A DNA stretch of 61,008 nt, taken from assembly GCA_000165425.1 (NCBI GenBank), contig CT868034.1:186001-247008 (forward strand). The letters run 5' to 3'. A program made the position numbers and the translations under genes. Below the pieces are notes generated by a model, which was not told the DNA's origin, did not search any database, and worked only from the letters and a program-made list of their open reading frames with translations. Shown here one piece after another: positions 26,698 to 40,949 of the stretch. Every line of letters begins with the position of its first letter. Positions within the stretch are counted from its first letter, which is position 1. Source of the DNA: Paramecium tetraurelia (Eukaryota).

Positions 26698-27739
26698 ATG
26701 AACCTTGACGATATCTATAATTGGTATATATGAGTATTGAAATCACAGGATTCTTGGCCATAATCAAAACTACCCAGGGAAACACCAAGAATCCTAGCCA
26801 AGAACTATTGCATCTTATAAGCCACTTGAAGCAAAAGCTCAATTTCATATAGTCATTAAGGCTACTGCAGAATACATTAAGGAGAAAATGCTTAGTGGAA
26901 ATGTAATAATGCAACCTGATTACTTAAGGGTGTCAATATGAAAGAGCTGGGAGCATTTACAATGGAGGTTAATTCAGATTATGTTAAGCCACTCCAACAT
27001 TCAGGATTTAATATGACTTAAGATTTGGCAATTCAAAGAGCAGATAGAAAGCATGTCCATCAGATTAGGTAGATCATCATTATTATAGATCAAGGCCATG
27101 TTTTGTTCCTGACAATTCTTTTAAATATTTTTTGGCTCGTTATCCTGGAAAGGAAGAAATAACCAAGCCTTTGAGTTAACATTCAATATATCAAAAAGGA
27201 TTTGGAATGAACTTCTGCAATGCTGGACCCATTGCTGCATCTTGGTAAGAATGATATTAATGATTTCAGTTATTTAGGTAAGGATGTTGTATAATCTATA
27301 CACAACTCATTGATAAAGGCCATTCATGATCTCACCAGATTGGGGCATAATTTAAATATAGATTTTGGATTCATCAAAATCAGTGTTATAAATAGAGATC
27401 TAAAATATAAATATGAATAGTCTTTTATAAGTAGATTAAACTAAACTGAATATGAACTCAAAGTATGTGAATATTAATTATTTAGATGCGTTAATCCGAT
27501 TTAGCTACATCTTAACATTGGACAACAACATACTAAGAGAAATGGTCGAAGAGCACGTATTAACAATTAATGAGTATTTAGTTTGAATAACTTATTAACA
27601 CGTCCAGATCCCGTTAAAGTCCAAGGTAATTATGAAAAATCTATGGCATTGAAAATAATGTCACTTGATCTCAATACAGCTGAAAAAACAGATTATAGTA
27701 AAAAGTAGAAAGTTCAATTACCAGCATTAAATAAAATGA
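26698..27739 (+). CDS. CCDC81-like protein (tandem HU/IHF-like domains), several short introns
   Basis: MNLDDIYNW...IVIKATAEYIKEKMLSGN-GVNMKELGAFTMEV...RPCFVPD...CNAGPIAASCYLGKDVVQSIHNSLIKAIHDLTRLGHNLNIDFGFIKISV. The pattern matches the CCDC81 HU domains. The stop position assumes one extra A in a homopolymer. Confidence 0.7.
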
Positions 27740-27878
27740 GTTGGTTTTAAATTTAATATCAATTTTTAATTTTAATGAGAATAATAAATATTCTAAAAAT
27801 ACATTTCTTATAGGAATACTTATTAAATTACTCAAGATTATAATTATCTATATTTATATATATATAAATTTTTTTATC

Positions 27879-30869
27879 TCAAAATTAAACAAAACCTTGT
27901 TCTTTAAGATATTTTGATGCTTTATTCTTATTGAATTTACCTAAGATGGAGAATGTTAACACATCATTCACTTGGATAGTTTTCTATTATTTAACTATAT
28001 TACTATACCTTTCCATCTTTAACACTGATTTTATTTTACTTATTCATTTTCAATTGTTATCCTTCTTCTTCTATTTATTTGCTCAATTCCTCTACGTTGA
28101 AATTATTTTCACCAAAGGCTCCGTAGATGAAAGTGTCTGCAACAAACAATAGACCCTTCTTGGAATCCTTGAGTTATTGAATATACTTTCCAATTTCACT
28201 GAAGTAAGCAGTTGGATTTTGTTCAGTAGATTGTATAATTGTTCTTTGGTTTGGACCATCAATAACATATTTCAATTATGACTTGATCAATTCAGCCTTG
28301 AGTTACTATTATTATTAAATGATATCATACGTTATATGCAGATTCATAGTGCTTCTTTTCTTGGAAAATCTTGCTGCCTTCTTCAACCAATTGAGTCTTA
28401 GAAATTGACCATAACTTGACCAATGAATTAATCATCTCTCCCTCTGAATTTAACACTTCAATGGTCTTCACTCCAGCAACATAATAGAGTCTAACAACAC
28501 CATCTTATAATTTCTAAGTCTTAAGAATTCTAACCCAACCTACTTCTGATGTGCTGTCACAATGGGTACCACAACAAGCTTCAACATCTATTCCATCGAT
28601 ATTTACAACTCTTAATTCATTTCCTGGTACAATACCACCTTGATATAATCTGAATCCATATTCTTTTTCAGCATCTGCTTTATTCATAAATCCTTTATTG
28701 ATTTGTTTTGCAGATAAGATGATTTTATTGACTTCATTCTCAATGGCTTATTCTTATTCCTTTGACAATGGTGCAAAGTGAGTAATATCAAGATGTGCAT
28801 TGTGAACACTCTTATGAGCACCATTCTACCAAACATGTGGACCAAGTACTCTTCTGCATGCTGCAAATACAATATGAGTAGCTGTGTGATGATTTCTCAA
28901 AATTGATCTTCTTTCTAAATCAATTTCAGCTTACACTTCTTAACCAACATATGTATCAACTGCATTTGGTAATGGTTTTTCTAAGATATGTAATACAACC
29001 TTGCCAACTTTTTATACATTGTTAACAAAATGTCTCTCTCCTTAAATAGTTAACCAACCTTAATCGAAATCTTAACCACCACCAAATGGATAAAAGGCAG
29101 ATTGATTCAAAATCACAATGTTAGGAAGATTCTATTATTAAACATTACTGAATATAGTAACAATTTTAGCTTAGAATTTACCATCTTTTGGTGTTTGATA
29201 ATATAAATTAGTAGTTTCTTGTAAATGAACTGTGTTATAAAGAATAGCTTCAGGTGCTTTGGTAATTCTGGCTGCTCTATCTGCCAATTCAGCATACAAA
29301 TTACCAGGGATTGGCAATTTACTAATTTGACTAATAGTATCAGCTGGTATTCCATGAGTACTCATAGCAAAGATCCAATCATCAATACTTAATTGATTAT
29401 TCCTTTATTTCAATAATTTTTCTAATTTAACTTTTTTATCATCATCTGTTTTAGCCCATCTTTCATATTCTTATTTGATAATTTAATCAAAACTCTTATA
29501 TTCACCAAATGGACCATAAAGTTTAGCCAAATCATTCTTGTGTTCTTAAAACAATTACAATAATCCATCCATTCCTAATTTATCCCACCAATTATTCTTC
29601 TTCAACACTGCAAATACTCTTCTGATGATATTTCTAAATATTGGAACCACCACCAACATTTGATGGTAATGATCCATCAGTTACTACCATCATGACAGTA
29701 CGTGTATGATCCAAAATGATATACATATCCTTCAATTGTTCGATTTCCTTCTTAATAGTTTAGACATCATATCCAATTTATGATGAAATGAATTCCCAAG
29801 TCTTATCAACATTTTCTACTTCATCAACATTCAATAGACAACTGTATGGTCCAAATGCTTTCCAAACATCGTTTGAATATTCAACTTATAACTTTTATGC
29901 CAAGAATGCAAATGCCCCAGCAAAGACATCGAAGTAACTTGTAGGTGTACCATTGACTAACCAAGGGATACGTTCCAATCCAATTCCTGTGTCTATGATT
30001 TTAATTGGTAATTCTTCGTATGATCCATCATGGAAATATTTGTATTGCATAAACACCATGTTTCCTACTTCCAATCCATTGACGAAGTATTCTACTGATG
30101 GACCCAAGTTTCCACCTCCTGCCCAAACATCTTCAATGAATGTAATATCATCTGGATTGATTTCTAACTCTTCAGTCAACCATCTATAGTTGAATTCTAC
30201 ACATTCCTCCTTAAAGAACACATATTTGTCAGGATAATTGAATGTCTATATACCAAGCATGATAAATCCTGAATAATGTCTTCCTGTTAAACCAATATTG
30301 TCGAGATCATTGAATCTCACACAAAATTATGGACAAATCAAAGGATTTGCTGGTGGATCCATCTCACCTGTTACACAAAATGGTTAGAAACAATAGATTC
30401 CTGCTGCTACATAATCAACATCATTTCTCCATCTTGCCACCACTGGATATCTATCAATTGCTGTGCATGGTACTCTAGCACTTGTTAATGATTTCTTGAA
30501 TCCATTCCAAGCATCGGCATATGTTATTTTATTTCCTTTGGCTCCTTTACCTGTCCCTACACCAATAAAAGAGTATTTCCCTTCACAACTAAAAATATTG
30601 ATTTCTTCACTTACTTTGAATCTCCGCATGTAGTCTTCTTTTCTGTGTGTCTCCAAAAATATGCTCCACATTTTGGACATTTGCATCTGCTAAACCCAAA
30701 TTTATCAAAAACTTTAGTGGGGTAAAACAACTCTGGATTTGCTTCAAATTAAGGTCGTACGATCTTTTTAATTTCCTATTTTTATTTTATGTATTCACTC
30801 TACTTTTGGGGTGATAGCCTTTATGGTTTTGACTTCTTCAATTGTCTCTTCGAATTCCTTTTATTACAT
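27879..30869 (-). CDS. alaS: Alanyl-tRNA synthetase, archaeal type, ~961 aa, 4 introns
   Basis: N-terminal [11 protein letters not shown]...CGDSNC, then [79 protein letters not shown] and [12 protein letters not shown]. Editing motifs HHTATH and EACCGTH are present. Introns are 28, 26, 25 and 25 nt. One extra base near 29637 must be removed to keep the frame. Confidence 0.95.
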
Positions 30870-32206
30870 CACTTTCGATATTTAATATAAATGATTTGTT
30901 TACAAGAAACGTGTTTTAAATAGTCTAATAATTATCATTTAATGTCATTCAATCATAGGTCTGGCTATATCATGATATTTTTGTCTATTCTTTTAAATTT
31001 TGCTTACATATCAAAATAGTCATTAGCCAAGATTTATAAAATAACAAAATATCTTAATCGAAACCATCAAGGTATTTCAATATATTTTATTTCTATTCCC
31101 TTTACTTAGGATTCCTAAATTAATAATTGATCATTTGTATTTCAGAAAGATATAAAGAAATCAAACAAACAATAAAAATTTTTATTCTCAGTTGATTTAT
31201 AAGTAGAATATCTAGTGAAATTACAGTATATATAATCGATAGTTAAATGATATAATAAAATCATAAGTATTATGAATATTTATTATATCTATATGTTATG
31301 GGAGGACAATTCTAATTCTATTTGTAATATCAATCTGATACTTAAGTTTATCAAAAGTTAATCATACACCATTAAATATATTGATTGACTAGAATTGTTT
31401 ACAAAGGTATCATTTATTCTCTGACTGACTCTAGTTTCATTTTATTGAAAAAAATAAATAAATTATCAATATCTTACAATATCATAATAAGAATGTATAT
31501 AAAATGTAAATTGATGTTAAAATTAAAAATATATAATTAATACTAACTTTGAAATAATTATATTTACTACATTATAAAAAGATATCAATCTTAAATAATA
31601 AATATGTTATTTGTTCATGATAAAAAAAATAAAATTTTGGGTTTTAATTCAAAAATTTTAATTTAATAATTAATACATTCTAGGGATTTATCATTATATA
31701 ATTTTGCAGATAAAACTCAATTTGAACATACACATAAGTTAGGTTCATATTATACATCCTAAAATTAATGAGCAATTATTGTAAATATCATCAAAAGGGA
31801 TGTCATATCAAATATGGATGTAATTTATTTTACTTTTTAGTTTTAATAGATCAAAATTTTAACTATTCAGTAAGTTCAAAATAATCTTTGAACTAAATTG
31901 ACCTTAAAAGAACATTTCGCATTAAAAAATCAATATGACATTTAGATATAAATTTGTATAAATTATAAAGATTTTAACTAGCATTTTGTATGAGATGTGA
32001 TTATAAATTTTATGAAAAATGGATAAATGAGGAGTTTTCAATAATTTAAGGAGTCAATTTCAATTAATTTAATAAAGATTTTACTCTTAAATTGGTCTTC
32101 TGAAGATTTTTGATTTGAAAATTTTATATCCACAATTATTTATTTTTGATTTATAATTTTACATTTCTAATAAAGATTTAATTCTAAAAACAAATCATAT
32201 ATAAAT

Positions 32207-33709
32207 TCAATTAATTATTTGCAAATTCATCTCATTTAAATTTGTTCTACTAAAAGGACATTCTTTTTTCTCATGTAACCATTTTCTTAAACATTTTTCA
32301 TGAAATTTGTGTTTACACGATGTTAATATAACTGGCAATAACTAAAGTCGATCCTCCATATCAGCTATAGCAATGGAATCCAAACATATGGCACAAATTG
32401 AGATATGTTTATGCAATATACATTTAGGTATAAAACATCTTGATCCAAATTTGTATTGTAAATAAAGAAGCAAAAGAGATGTGAAATAAATAATGTAAAA
32501 TAATGATATATATAGATAATCGATGTCTATAGAATTAGTTTGAATTGAATAGGAATTCAAATATGTCTATTTTTTAGTATGAAATAAATACTTAAAATAA
32601 TAATCCAGATGACAAATATCCAAAAATATAAAATAAATTAAAGTTCTCTTTACAATTCCATCTAATATTGTGTATTACTTGAGGAAAAAGAACAAAAGCA
32701 TAGCTTAGTTGAAATACCAAAGAATCAGAACAAAAAATATTAATTATAAGGAGTACAGCAAATGTTATATTATAAGCAACTAAGGCTAGTTAAAATGGTT
32801 ACATGTAATTATTAGATATTTATGTCTATCATAAATTTAACAATAACGTTTTTTTCTAAACTTTTATTCTAATAAAATTGGCAATTAACCCACCCAGATT
32901 CCACATAATCCAACACCAATTATCAATAAGGCCAAAAAAATATAGATATTGAAAATTTTATCCTAAATTGAGGCAATTATTTACAAATTATATAAGAATG
33001 TATTAAGCTATAAAAATCACTCCTCGACACTTTAAAAATAAAGCTATCATAGACAGCTAAAGATATCTCATATATTACTTAGTTTAGTTTCATTGCTTTG
33101 TGCAAAACAAATTTTAAAAATATTACAACTGATGCTATTTAAGAGATACAAAAAATTAATGTGAAACTCCCAAGTAAAATTGATTATAGTTAATCTTTTT
33201 AATTGCTTTATCGTGTAGAAAATTTTAATTTTTAGTTGCATAAAGGTAATTAATTATTGTTGGACTCAAGAAGAAGAATCAATTTTATGTCATTCTTTGT
33301 TTAGTATTATTATCTAACTATATTGAAACAATATATTCATTTTCACATTTGTGCCAAGTTAAAGAATTTTATCTTTATGTATTAATGTTTCCAAAACCTA
33401 TCCATTTCCTTTAATACAATGGAGATATTACATCTGGAATAGTCTTACATTATAAAGAAATATTTCTCCAAAAAAATATTCTTCTTACTTATCATAATGG
33501 CTAAAGCCTTTATAAATAATAGAATTATTAGAAAATTTAACTATGCCTTAAAGTTAAAGTACATCAATTTCCTGATTTTCATCTTGAAGTGTCCAAATGC
33601 CTTCCAACTAGCGATTCTCCAATTCATTATATATGTTGATATTATCTGATATTTCTTAGGAAAAAGGAATATTTGATAGAACCCAAATAAACATTTAAAA
33701 GTTCCACAT
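32207..33709 (-). pseudogene. Tul1/FLY1-like transmembrane RING-H2 E3 ligase, disrupted or degenerate
   Basis: FVLFPQVIHNIRWN, LLLYLQYKFGSRCFIPK, and a C-terminal RING CAICLD...CKHKFHEKCLRKWLHEKKECPFSR. The upstream part has frameshifts and TGA codons. The 5' boundary is uncertain. Confidence 0.6.
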
Positions 33710-34680
33710 TATTTAATATAATTATTTATAAATATAAAAACTGAATATTTTAAATTATATTCAATTCTATTCAACTATTTCTTTTATAAATAGTAAAGGG
33801 CTATTCCCCTACTGTCTAGGTTAATTTTAAAATAGTGATTAATTAATGAATTATACAGTATTTTAAAATTATCTTAATAAATGAAAATATCATTAATTTT
33901 AATCTGCCATCGATTGTAAATATAAGTGGGAACTAAAAATAGTCTTATATATCAATTATCTTAGATTTCTTGATAAAGTTTTGATTCAAAGAATTTAAAA
34001 ACTATTACTATATTTCATAAAGGTCATACAAATTGCAGCTAACATAAAAATTCGTCAGTTGAGTTAAGAACAAATGATATGGTAGCCATTATCTTGACAG
34101 ACATTGATTATAGTTTTTTATAGAAACAATTCAATAGAAATTTTGTAATTGTTGTATAAAATAGAATCCAAAACATAAGTTAATTAAAATTTCAGAGATA
34201 GACCAACAATAATTGAAATGGAATTAATAAAAAGACATATTGATCTTAGAAAATATTAAATTATTGTTCCCCTTTCAATCAATAATATATATTATTTTTT
34301 GTAATGTTCTAATAAAGCAGCAAGCTTTTGATAGTTCTAAGCTGAAAACAATAACTATCTTTGATCCTTTAATGAAAGAAAGGTAAACTAGAAGAAAATA
34401 AAGTAAGTAAATCATTTATATTAAATACTACAAAACTTCAAATTTCTAAAGATTTAGTTGAATTTTTGAGAGACCCAAGAAATTATTCTTATTTAATGTC
34501 TAGTCTCAAATATACTGTCGGTTTCAAACTTAAAGGAAGTTTAAGTGAAGTTCTATTAGAGTAAATTTACAAATGAAAAATTTTAATAAAAAGGATTAAT
34601 AAATAGAGTATAGAAATCATTCTATGTTGTCTAAATTAAATAATATATAAATATTATTATTATAAGTTTTTAATTAAAAT

Positions 34681-35694
34681 ATGTAGGAAGCAAAATACCC
34701 AAATTTTGAGAATATCTAGTACTCCGATCCACCATCATAGAGTGAAGGATTGTAATAATAACTTATGGATAAACCAAACTAAAACATAAAATTTGTCCCA
34801 GTATTATCACCTTCATAATAAAATTGCCAAGAATCAACCGAATATTAATAATATGCATAATACTAATAAAATCAAGTGATTCCATATGCTGAATACTTCA
34901 ATCATAATATTGTGCCAATACCTGCTCAGAATTCTAATTTGCTGAAAGACTAAGACTTTTAAACATAGAAATTATTCCTATGTGGAGTTTTAGGAGTATA
35001 TATATTATGGTCTATCCTATTTGTGCTGTTACTATTCCCATTATCAATGGTATTCTTTTGGGATACTCACGGTGGAAATCCAATTCCTTTCATTTGTTTA
35101 ATTATATTCTCATTTTTTACCATTTTTCTAGGAAAACTTGGAACTAAAAAAAATAATCGAAATGTATTTACTGATTCTATTTTAGTTATCAACCAGCATT
35201 TTCATACTACTTGTGTTATTGTTTAGCTACACATTCTTTTATTTATCCTTGCTTGGGAGTTTGGGGTCATAATCAAAATCATAATTTGGATGTAATTTAT
35301 AAGTTTCTATTATTAGGGGATTTTGTGATAGCGATATTTTTGATTTTTATTGTGGTTGGAAATTTTATTTTTAATTTCATCGCATTGGCTTGTTTAACAT
35401 TGTCTGATAACAAATTTAACACAGCTGGTAAGTTATTTATTAATATTTGATTAGTTCCTGTTATTGTCGAGATCTTTGTAGTTGTTATTGTCGCAATTAT
35501 CTATCATCCAATTTATTTAATTTGCATTCCTTTTTTGCTACCATATGCTATTTGTTTGATGAATGCCTTCAAATAGATCTTAAATGGAAGAGTATTATAT
35601 TCATTTAAGTTTATAGTTTGAGTTAGAAAAAAATCAAGTAATTGTTGGTGTCATGGCTTCGTTCTATTGTACTATCGTTTGTTGTACTGATTGA
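34681..35694 (+). CDS. Multi-pass membrane protein with a Pro/Gln/Tyr-rich N-terminus, possibly a divergent TMBIM/Bax-inhibitor-1 (LFG) family member
   Basis: MQEAKYPNFENIQYSDPPSQ... is followed by about 6-7 hydrophobic segments and a terminal KQILNGR..LEKNQVIVGVMASFY. The family call rests on architecture only. Confidence 0.55.
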
Positions 35695-35787
35695 AATTAG
35701 TTTATATATTTTTTAACAGGTTTTTTATAAATTATTATGTAATATTGTGCTATTTGAAATTAGTTTAAGGATAATATTTATATCTGT

Positions 35788-37062
35788 TCACTCATAATCA
35801 ATTTCTAGGTCATTTTGAGGAGAATCCTCCTTTATAACTTCGCTATATTCACTTGTTAAATTTGCCAATGCTTCTCTTCCCTCACTAAATTCAAATTCTT
35901 CAAGGCCCTCACTAACATAAGCCCACACAAAAGCCCGTTTAGCATAAATTTTATCGAAATTCCTACCTAATTGGTCAAATCTACTAATAATTGAAGCATC
36001 GTTCGAGAAAAATATTCCCGTTTATTTCATTTATGCAAGCTCGGATAATACTTGATAATTAGAGGAATTGCATTGAAAAATTCTAGGGCTTTGATTATAG
36101 ACATGACTTAAATTTTAAAGAGTTTAATTGAATTTTCCGTAAAAATGATTGGGTTCCTTTTATCTAAACAAAAGTGTAGTAGAAAGATGTTGAGGGTTGT
36201 TAGGAGATTAGTAAAGCTTAATCTCTTTTTTGGTGAGATATTTAATAAATTCATTTTGACTTAATTCTTTTCTAGTGTAATCATTAATCAAAGTCATTTT
36301 ACCATATGAAGGAACAAAATAATGCAAATTAGGATATGGACACATACCTGAAAAGAATTTTGAATTGTCAATGTTGTTAAATCTTCTTAAACCAGTGTAT
36401 GAACTGATTGTCTATGCAACTAAGTTGTTTAAATGAGAATAATCTACATAATCTAAATCTAATTACTAATCAATTACATTGTACATTGATTAATTATCAA
36501 ACATTGTAATACTATGAAAATGATTTCTTGTCATTTAAATTGAAAACATTGCATTATAGATTCCTAGTATATTATTCGACATCCCCGATGATGGAAATAT
36601 GATAAAACCATTAGTTTTTACCTTATTCTTATAATCTACCTCTAATCTCTATAGCAATAATGTAGAAAATCCAGATCCTGTTCCTCCCATTATAGAAGTA
36701 GTAATTACAAATTAGTCTAATCTATCCATCGTTTCTATTTACTTTCTAATTTAATCTAATCCTTTATCAATTATCTCTTTCCCAATTGTATAGCAACCTC
36801 GAGAATATATGTTGGATGCTTCTTCCTTTCCGTAAAGAAAGGAATTTTTTTTAAATTGTATTTATTTATTCCTTTAAACTTCAGAAATCATTCTGTCATC
36901 TAAATCAGCAAATAGTGTTAATGGATGAGAATGTCCATCAACTTATTAATAAACATAATTCTTCAATGTTGTTTCATTATGCTCCTTTTCATAAAGCTTC
37001 CATAACATGTCCCCCATCATTACTCCAGCTCCTCCAATATGAATGTGAAATGCAGATGACAT
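35788..37062 (-). CDS. Highly divergent alpha-like tubulin, intronless, 424 aa
   Basis: HIHIGGAGVMMGDMLWKLY, GKEEASNIYSRGCYTIGKEIID, signature MGGTGSG, MFDNQSMY, LNNLVAQTISS, PYPNLHY, FDKIYAKRAFVWAYVSEGLEEFEFSEGRE, and an acidic tail. It is one open frame of 1275 nt in code 6. Confidence 0.92.
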
Positions 37063-40000
37063 TGCAAGTATAATTTTAATAAAATAATAATAATCTGCAA
37101 ACTTAAATGTAAAATTCTAAAATGTTTAATTTTTATTTTGAAACAGATATTAAATTTACATAATTTTATTTAATAACTTTAATTAAAGAAATCAATAAAT
37201 GTATCATTATAATAATCAAAATTAGATTCTTACACTAGATTATTTACATAGTTTAGGTTATAAAATGTGAATAACTTTTAAATAAATGTAAAATCAATAG
37301 TTATGGACTGTCTCATGTGTTCTTAACTTACAATGATGCTTTGATTAGTACAATTTATTATATTTTATTATTGTGTAAGAGGAAATAATTGGTCCTGACT
37401 GCTAATGGAAAAAGATTTAAGTTAGTATATCTTTCCGAACCATTATACAAAGAATATTTGAGTTTCCCACTGATACGAAAGTAATGAGAATGTCAAATAT
37501 ATACGACATATTTCTTGTTATAATCAGCTGGATTAGCGTGCTATTCAGCTAAAACATAATCACTATGGCAAATTTTATTTATCAAAGTGCATTCATGCTA
37601 GATGATTAGAGATATAACGATTCTAATACATACAGTAAGGATGACCTGATCCAATACCTGTCCCTCTTAAGTAGCTGTAATGTAATAAAATACGATTATA
37701 ATTCCACTTATGAATATGAAAGCATTTGATAAACGGAAAACAATCTTTATCTCAACCTTCTAAAAGGCTCATCATTAATTCTAATACATCAATATAAGTT
37801 GTTTCTTTATGCTACTGTCATAATGCTTATATTTAAGTAAAATGGCATAAATATAAAAAATCTTAAATTGTAAAAAATATTTTTCCTTAAATTCTAAATT
37901 CTCAGATAAAACATAGATATGTTGAGAATATATTTATAAAGATGCATGTGTGATAATCCTATCACATTGCATAATCCTCAAAAAAGAGTTGTTCGGATAA
38001 TGCTAAACCATCATTAAAATTAATATGATGCAAAAATTTGATTATTTAATTGTTAATTCTAAGTAAAATCATTCATATATAAATATTACAGCTGAGCAAA
38101 TATTTCATATGCTTTCCATTCAAAATTAAAATCATATTAATAAATAAAAGTTTGCATAGTCGAACTCGATCTAATTCAATTTGTACATCAATATTAGTTC
38201 TCAGAAAGAAGAGCCTAATTTATAAGGTTAAATTTGGAACCCAACTTTAATTAGTACAGTTAAATCATTATATTTATTTGCTTGTTCCAAATTTATACCT
38301 ACTAATGAAAAATTGCATTAAAGGGATGTTAATAGTTAAATAAATGCAGTAATTATTTACTCCAAGATTAACGTATGTTTGATAGCTAAGCGTAATATGA
38401 TTGGATAATCAATAAGCTTTAATATTACAATCAAGGAATGTTTCATTTCATCAATAATAATTTTATATATAGCACATATGCGGCTATAGGATTTTGTGAT
38501 TGATTTAATTTACATTTTTTTCGCATATTAAATAATTCAAAAGTGATGAACGAATATCTTAATTGGAATTGGAAGATAAGAAAATCGTGGTTAAAAATAC
38601 GTGAACAGAATCCTAAACTGTACATAATTTCTTGCCAGTGCATAGCTTTGAAAGGAGGTTGCCACTGATATTTTTATTTCAATTATAATATAGACTAAGG
38701 GTTAAAAAATATTTTGAAGCTACAACACTGCTGATGGCTGTAAATTTGAGATCAATCTAATTTCATTTGACTGGATTAATGAAATGTGTTAAACCAAACT
38801 AAGCTGTTGCTATTACTGAAATAAACTCATTTTTGCTGTATTGTACAGTAAAATAAAAAGGAGAATATCTTTATTTAATTTCTGAATATAATTTACCTTT
38901 TTTTAATTTTTATTCTTTAGACACAACATTAAGTATTAATCATACTTTCAAGTCCGAAATAGGGAATCATTTTTTAAGAGACTATAGTAATGAGTAACTT
39001 TCCAATTATTAGAACATTGCATATTTAAGTTAAATTGATAGATTCCATTTTTAAAACAGGCGCATTTATGCTATAAATTATTTTTGAAGAAAATCAAATT
39101 ATATCAACTATTAAATTAGAGAATCAAATATATTCTCAATGTAAAAATGTGAATAAGATATTGGATATATTTTTGAGTAAAGAATCATAATTATAGAGAT
39201 TGAGATAAACTTAAAACTCTTGCTTATATTAATTTTGCTAATTAAGATTCCAAATAAAAGAAAAATTAATCGAAGAAATTTATGTTAAGAGTATTCTTCG
39301 AAATTTTAAAGAAATTAATTTAAGCTAAGATATTGAGTAAACAAAATTTTGATCCCATGGTTTTTATTCTTTAGAAACTTTATTTGTAGTAATTTAGGAG
39401 GATATGAGGGGGGTAAATGATTTAAGTAGTGGCTGTTAAATTTTATATCTTCATNNNNNNNNNNNNNNNNNNNNNNNNNNNNNNNNNNNNNNNNNNNNNN
39501 NNNNNNNNNNNNNNNNNNNNNNNNNNNNNNNNNNNNNNNNNNNNNNNNNNNNNNNNNNNNNNNNNNNNNNNNNNNNNNNNNNNNNNNNNNNNNNNNNNNN
39601 NNNNTGCCCACCGCCAATCAAAATACGATTGCAAGGTTCAGATATTATAATGAAACAATAAAAGCCATCTAAATTGGTTATTTATTTTCTCAATAGGGGA
39701 TGATCAATATTTTAATATTTGGGACAAATAAGAAAATCCCAAGCCATAAATATTGCCCATCGCTTTTATATGAAAACATGTAAAATAGCAAAACATTTAT
39801 TTTTTCATTATAATATCTAAAAAGCCGAAGTTAATTCCAACTACAATTATACCCTTGTTGTTCTATGCTTGTTTGTTTTCCAGATAAAGCATTATGATTT
39901 TTTTAATGGTGGCAATAATATATTATAATCAGCTTATATTCAATTCAAGATCTAAAGTTTTCTATGTTCTCAATTTATTAATATTTATTACATTCTCTGA

Positions 40001-40949
40001 AAACCTGATATCAAGCTTTCTAATGAATTTCTATTGAAATAAATAAAATTAATAATATTGGTTTTTACCACATATTAAATATTGAATGCGAATTTATATA
40101 TTATCATTGAATATTTTGAACTTTTATTAAATTAGATTAAATACTTGATTAATTTTCTTTATTACATCAATATGAATTAGAATTTTATATGAAAAGAAAT
40201 TGACTAACAAGTTCAAAAGTAGGATTATAAAGTGAAATAAATAAAAAAATACGTCAACAATAATTTTTTCATAAATCTTTAAACAGTTGTCAATTCTTTT
40301 AATTCTCCAAAACCAAACCATTTTGTTAAAAATCAAAAGGCATCTTTATAAATATTGAATTCTACTTATTAAATTGATATTTTGGAGCTTAACACTTGAT
40401 ATAAAAGAATTAGAAAGGAAAAATAAGCAATTTACAATCTAAGATTGAAAATAGATAAAATTAATTTAGAGAGCAATATAATTAAATCTATCTTGTTTTT
40501 TTTATTTAATGTATAATCTCCAAATCATCTTTAGGACTTAATAAGAATTTTTTAATTGGATTGAGTAATTAATATTTAAAGTATGTTCATTTGATTAAGG
40601 AACTCTTTTTTGAATCATTATTTCTTGACCTCTACACATAGACTAATTTCAATACTAAAAATATTTGATAACTAATTGTTAATCAAAATAGGGTAGCGAA
40701 TATCAGCTCAAAAGTATAATTTTTATAAAAAAAGAAAAGTGAATTAACTTTTTTTAACTATTGATAACATTTCTAATGATATTCAATGATAAATATATTT
40801 TTCTTGAGGATATAATTCTAAATATTTATTCATTTTGTGGATTTCATTCTTTACTTTAAATCTAAATATTTTAAATAACATTCCTTTTATAATTCAAAAT
40901 CAAATTATTTACTTTTTCTAAATAAATAAGTTATCAAAATATATTTAAA

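Noticed and set aside
37280..39300. Long coding-like plus-strand stretch
   Set aside because: Multiple TGA stops and no recognisable motif, so it cannot be assigned.
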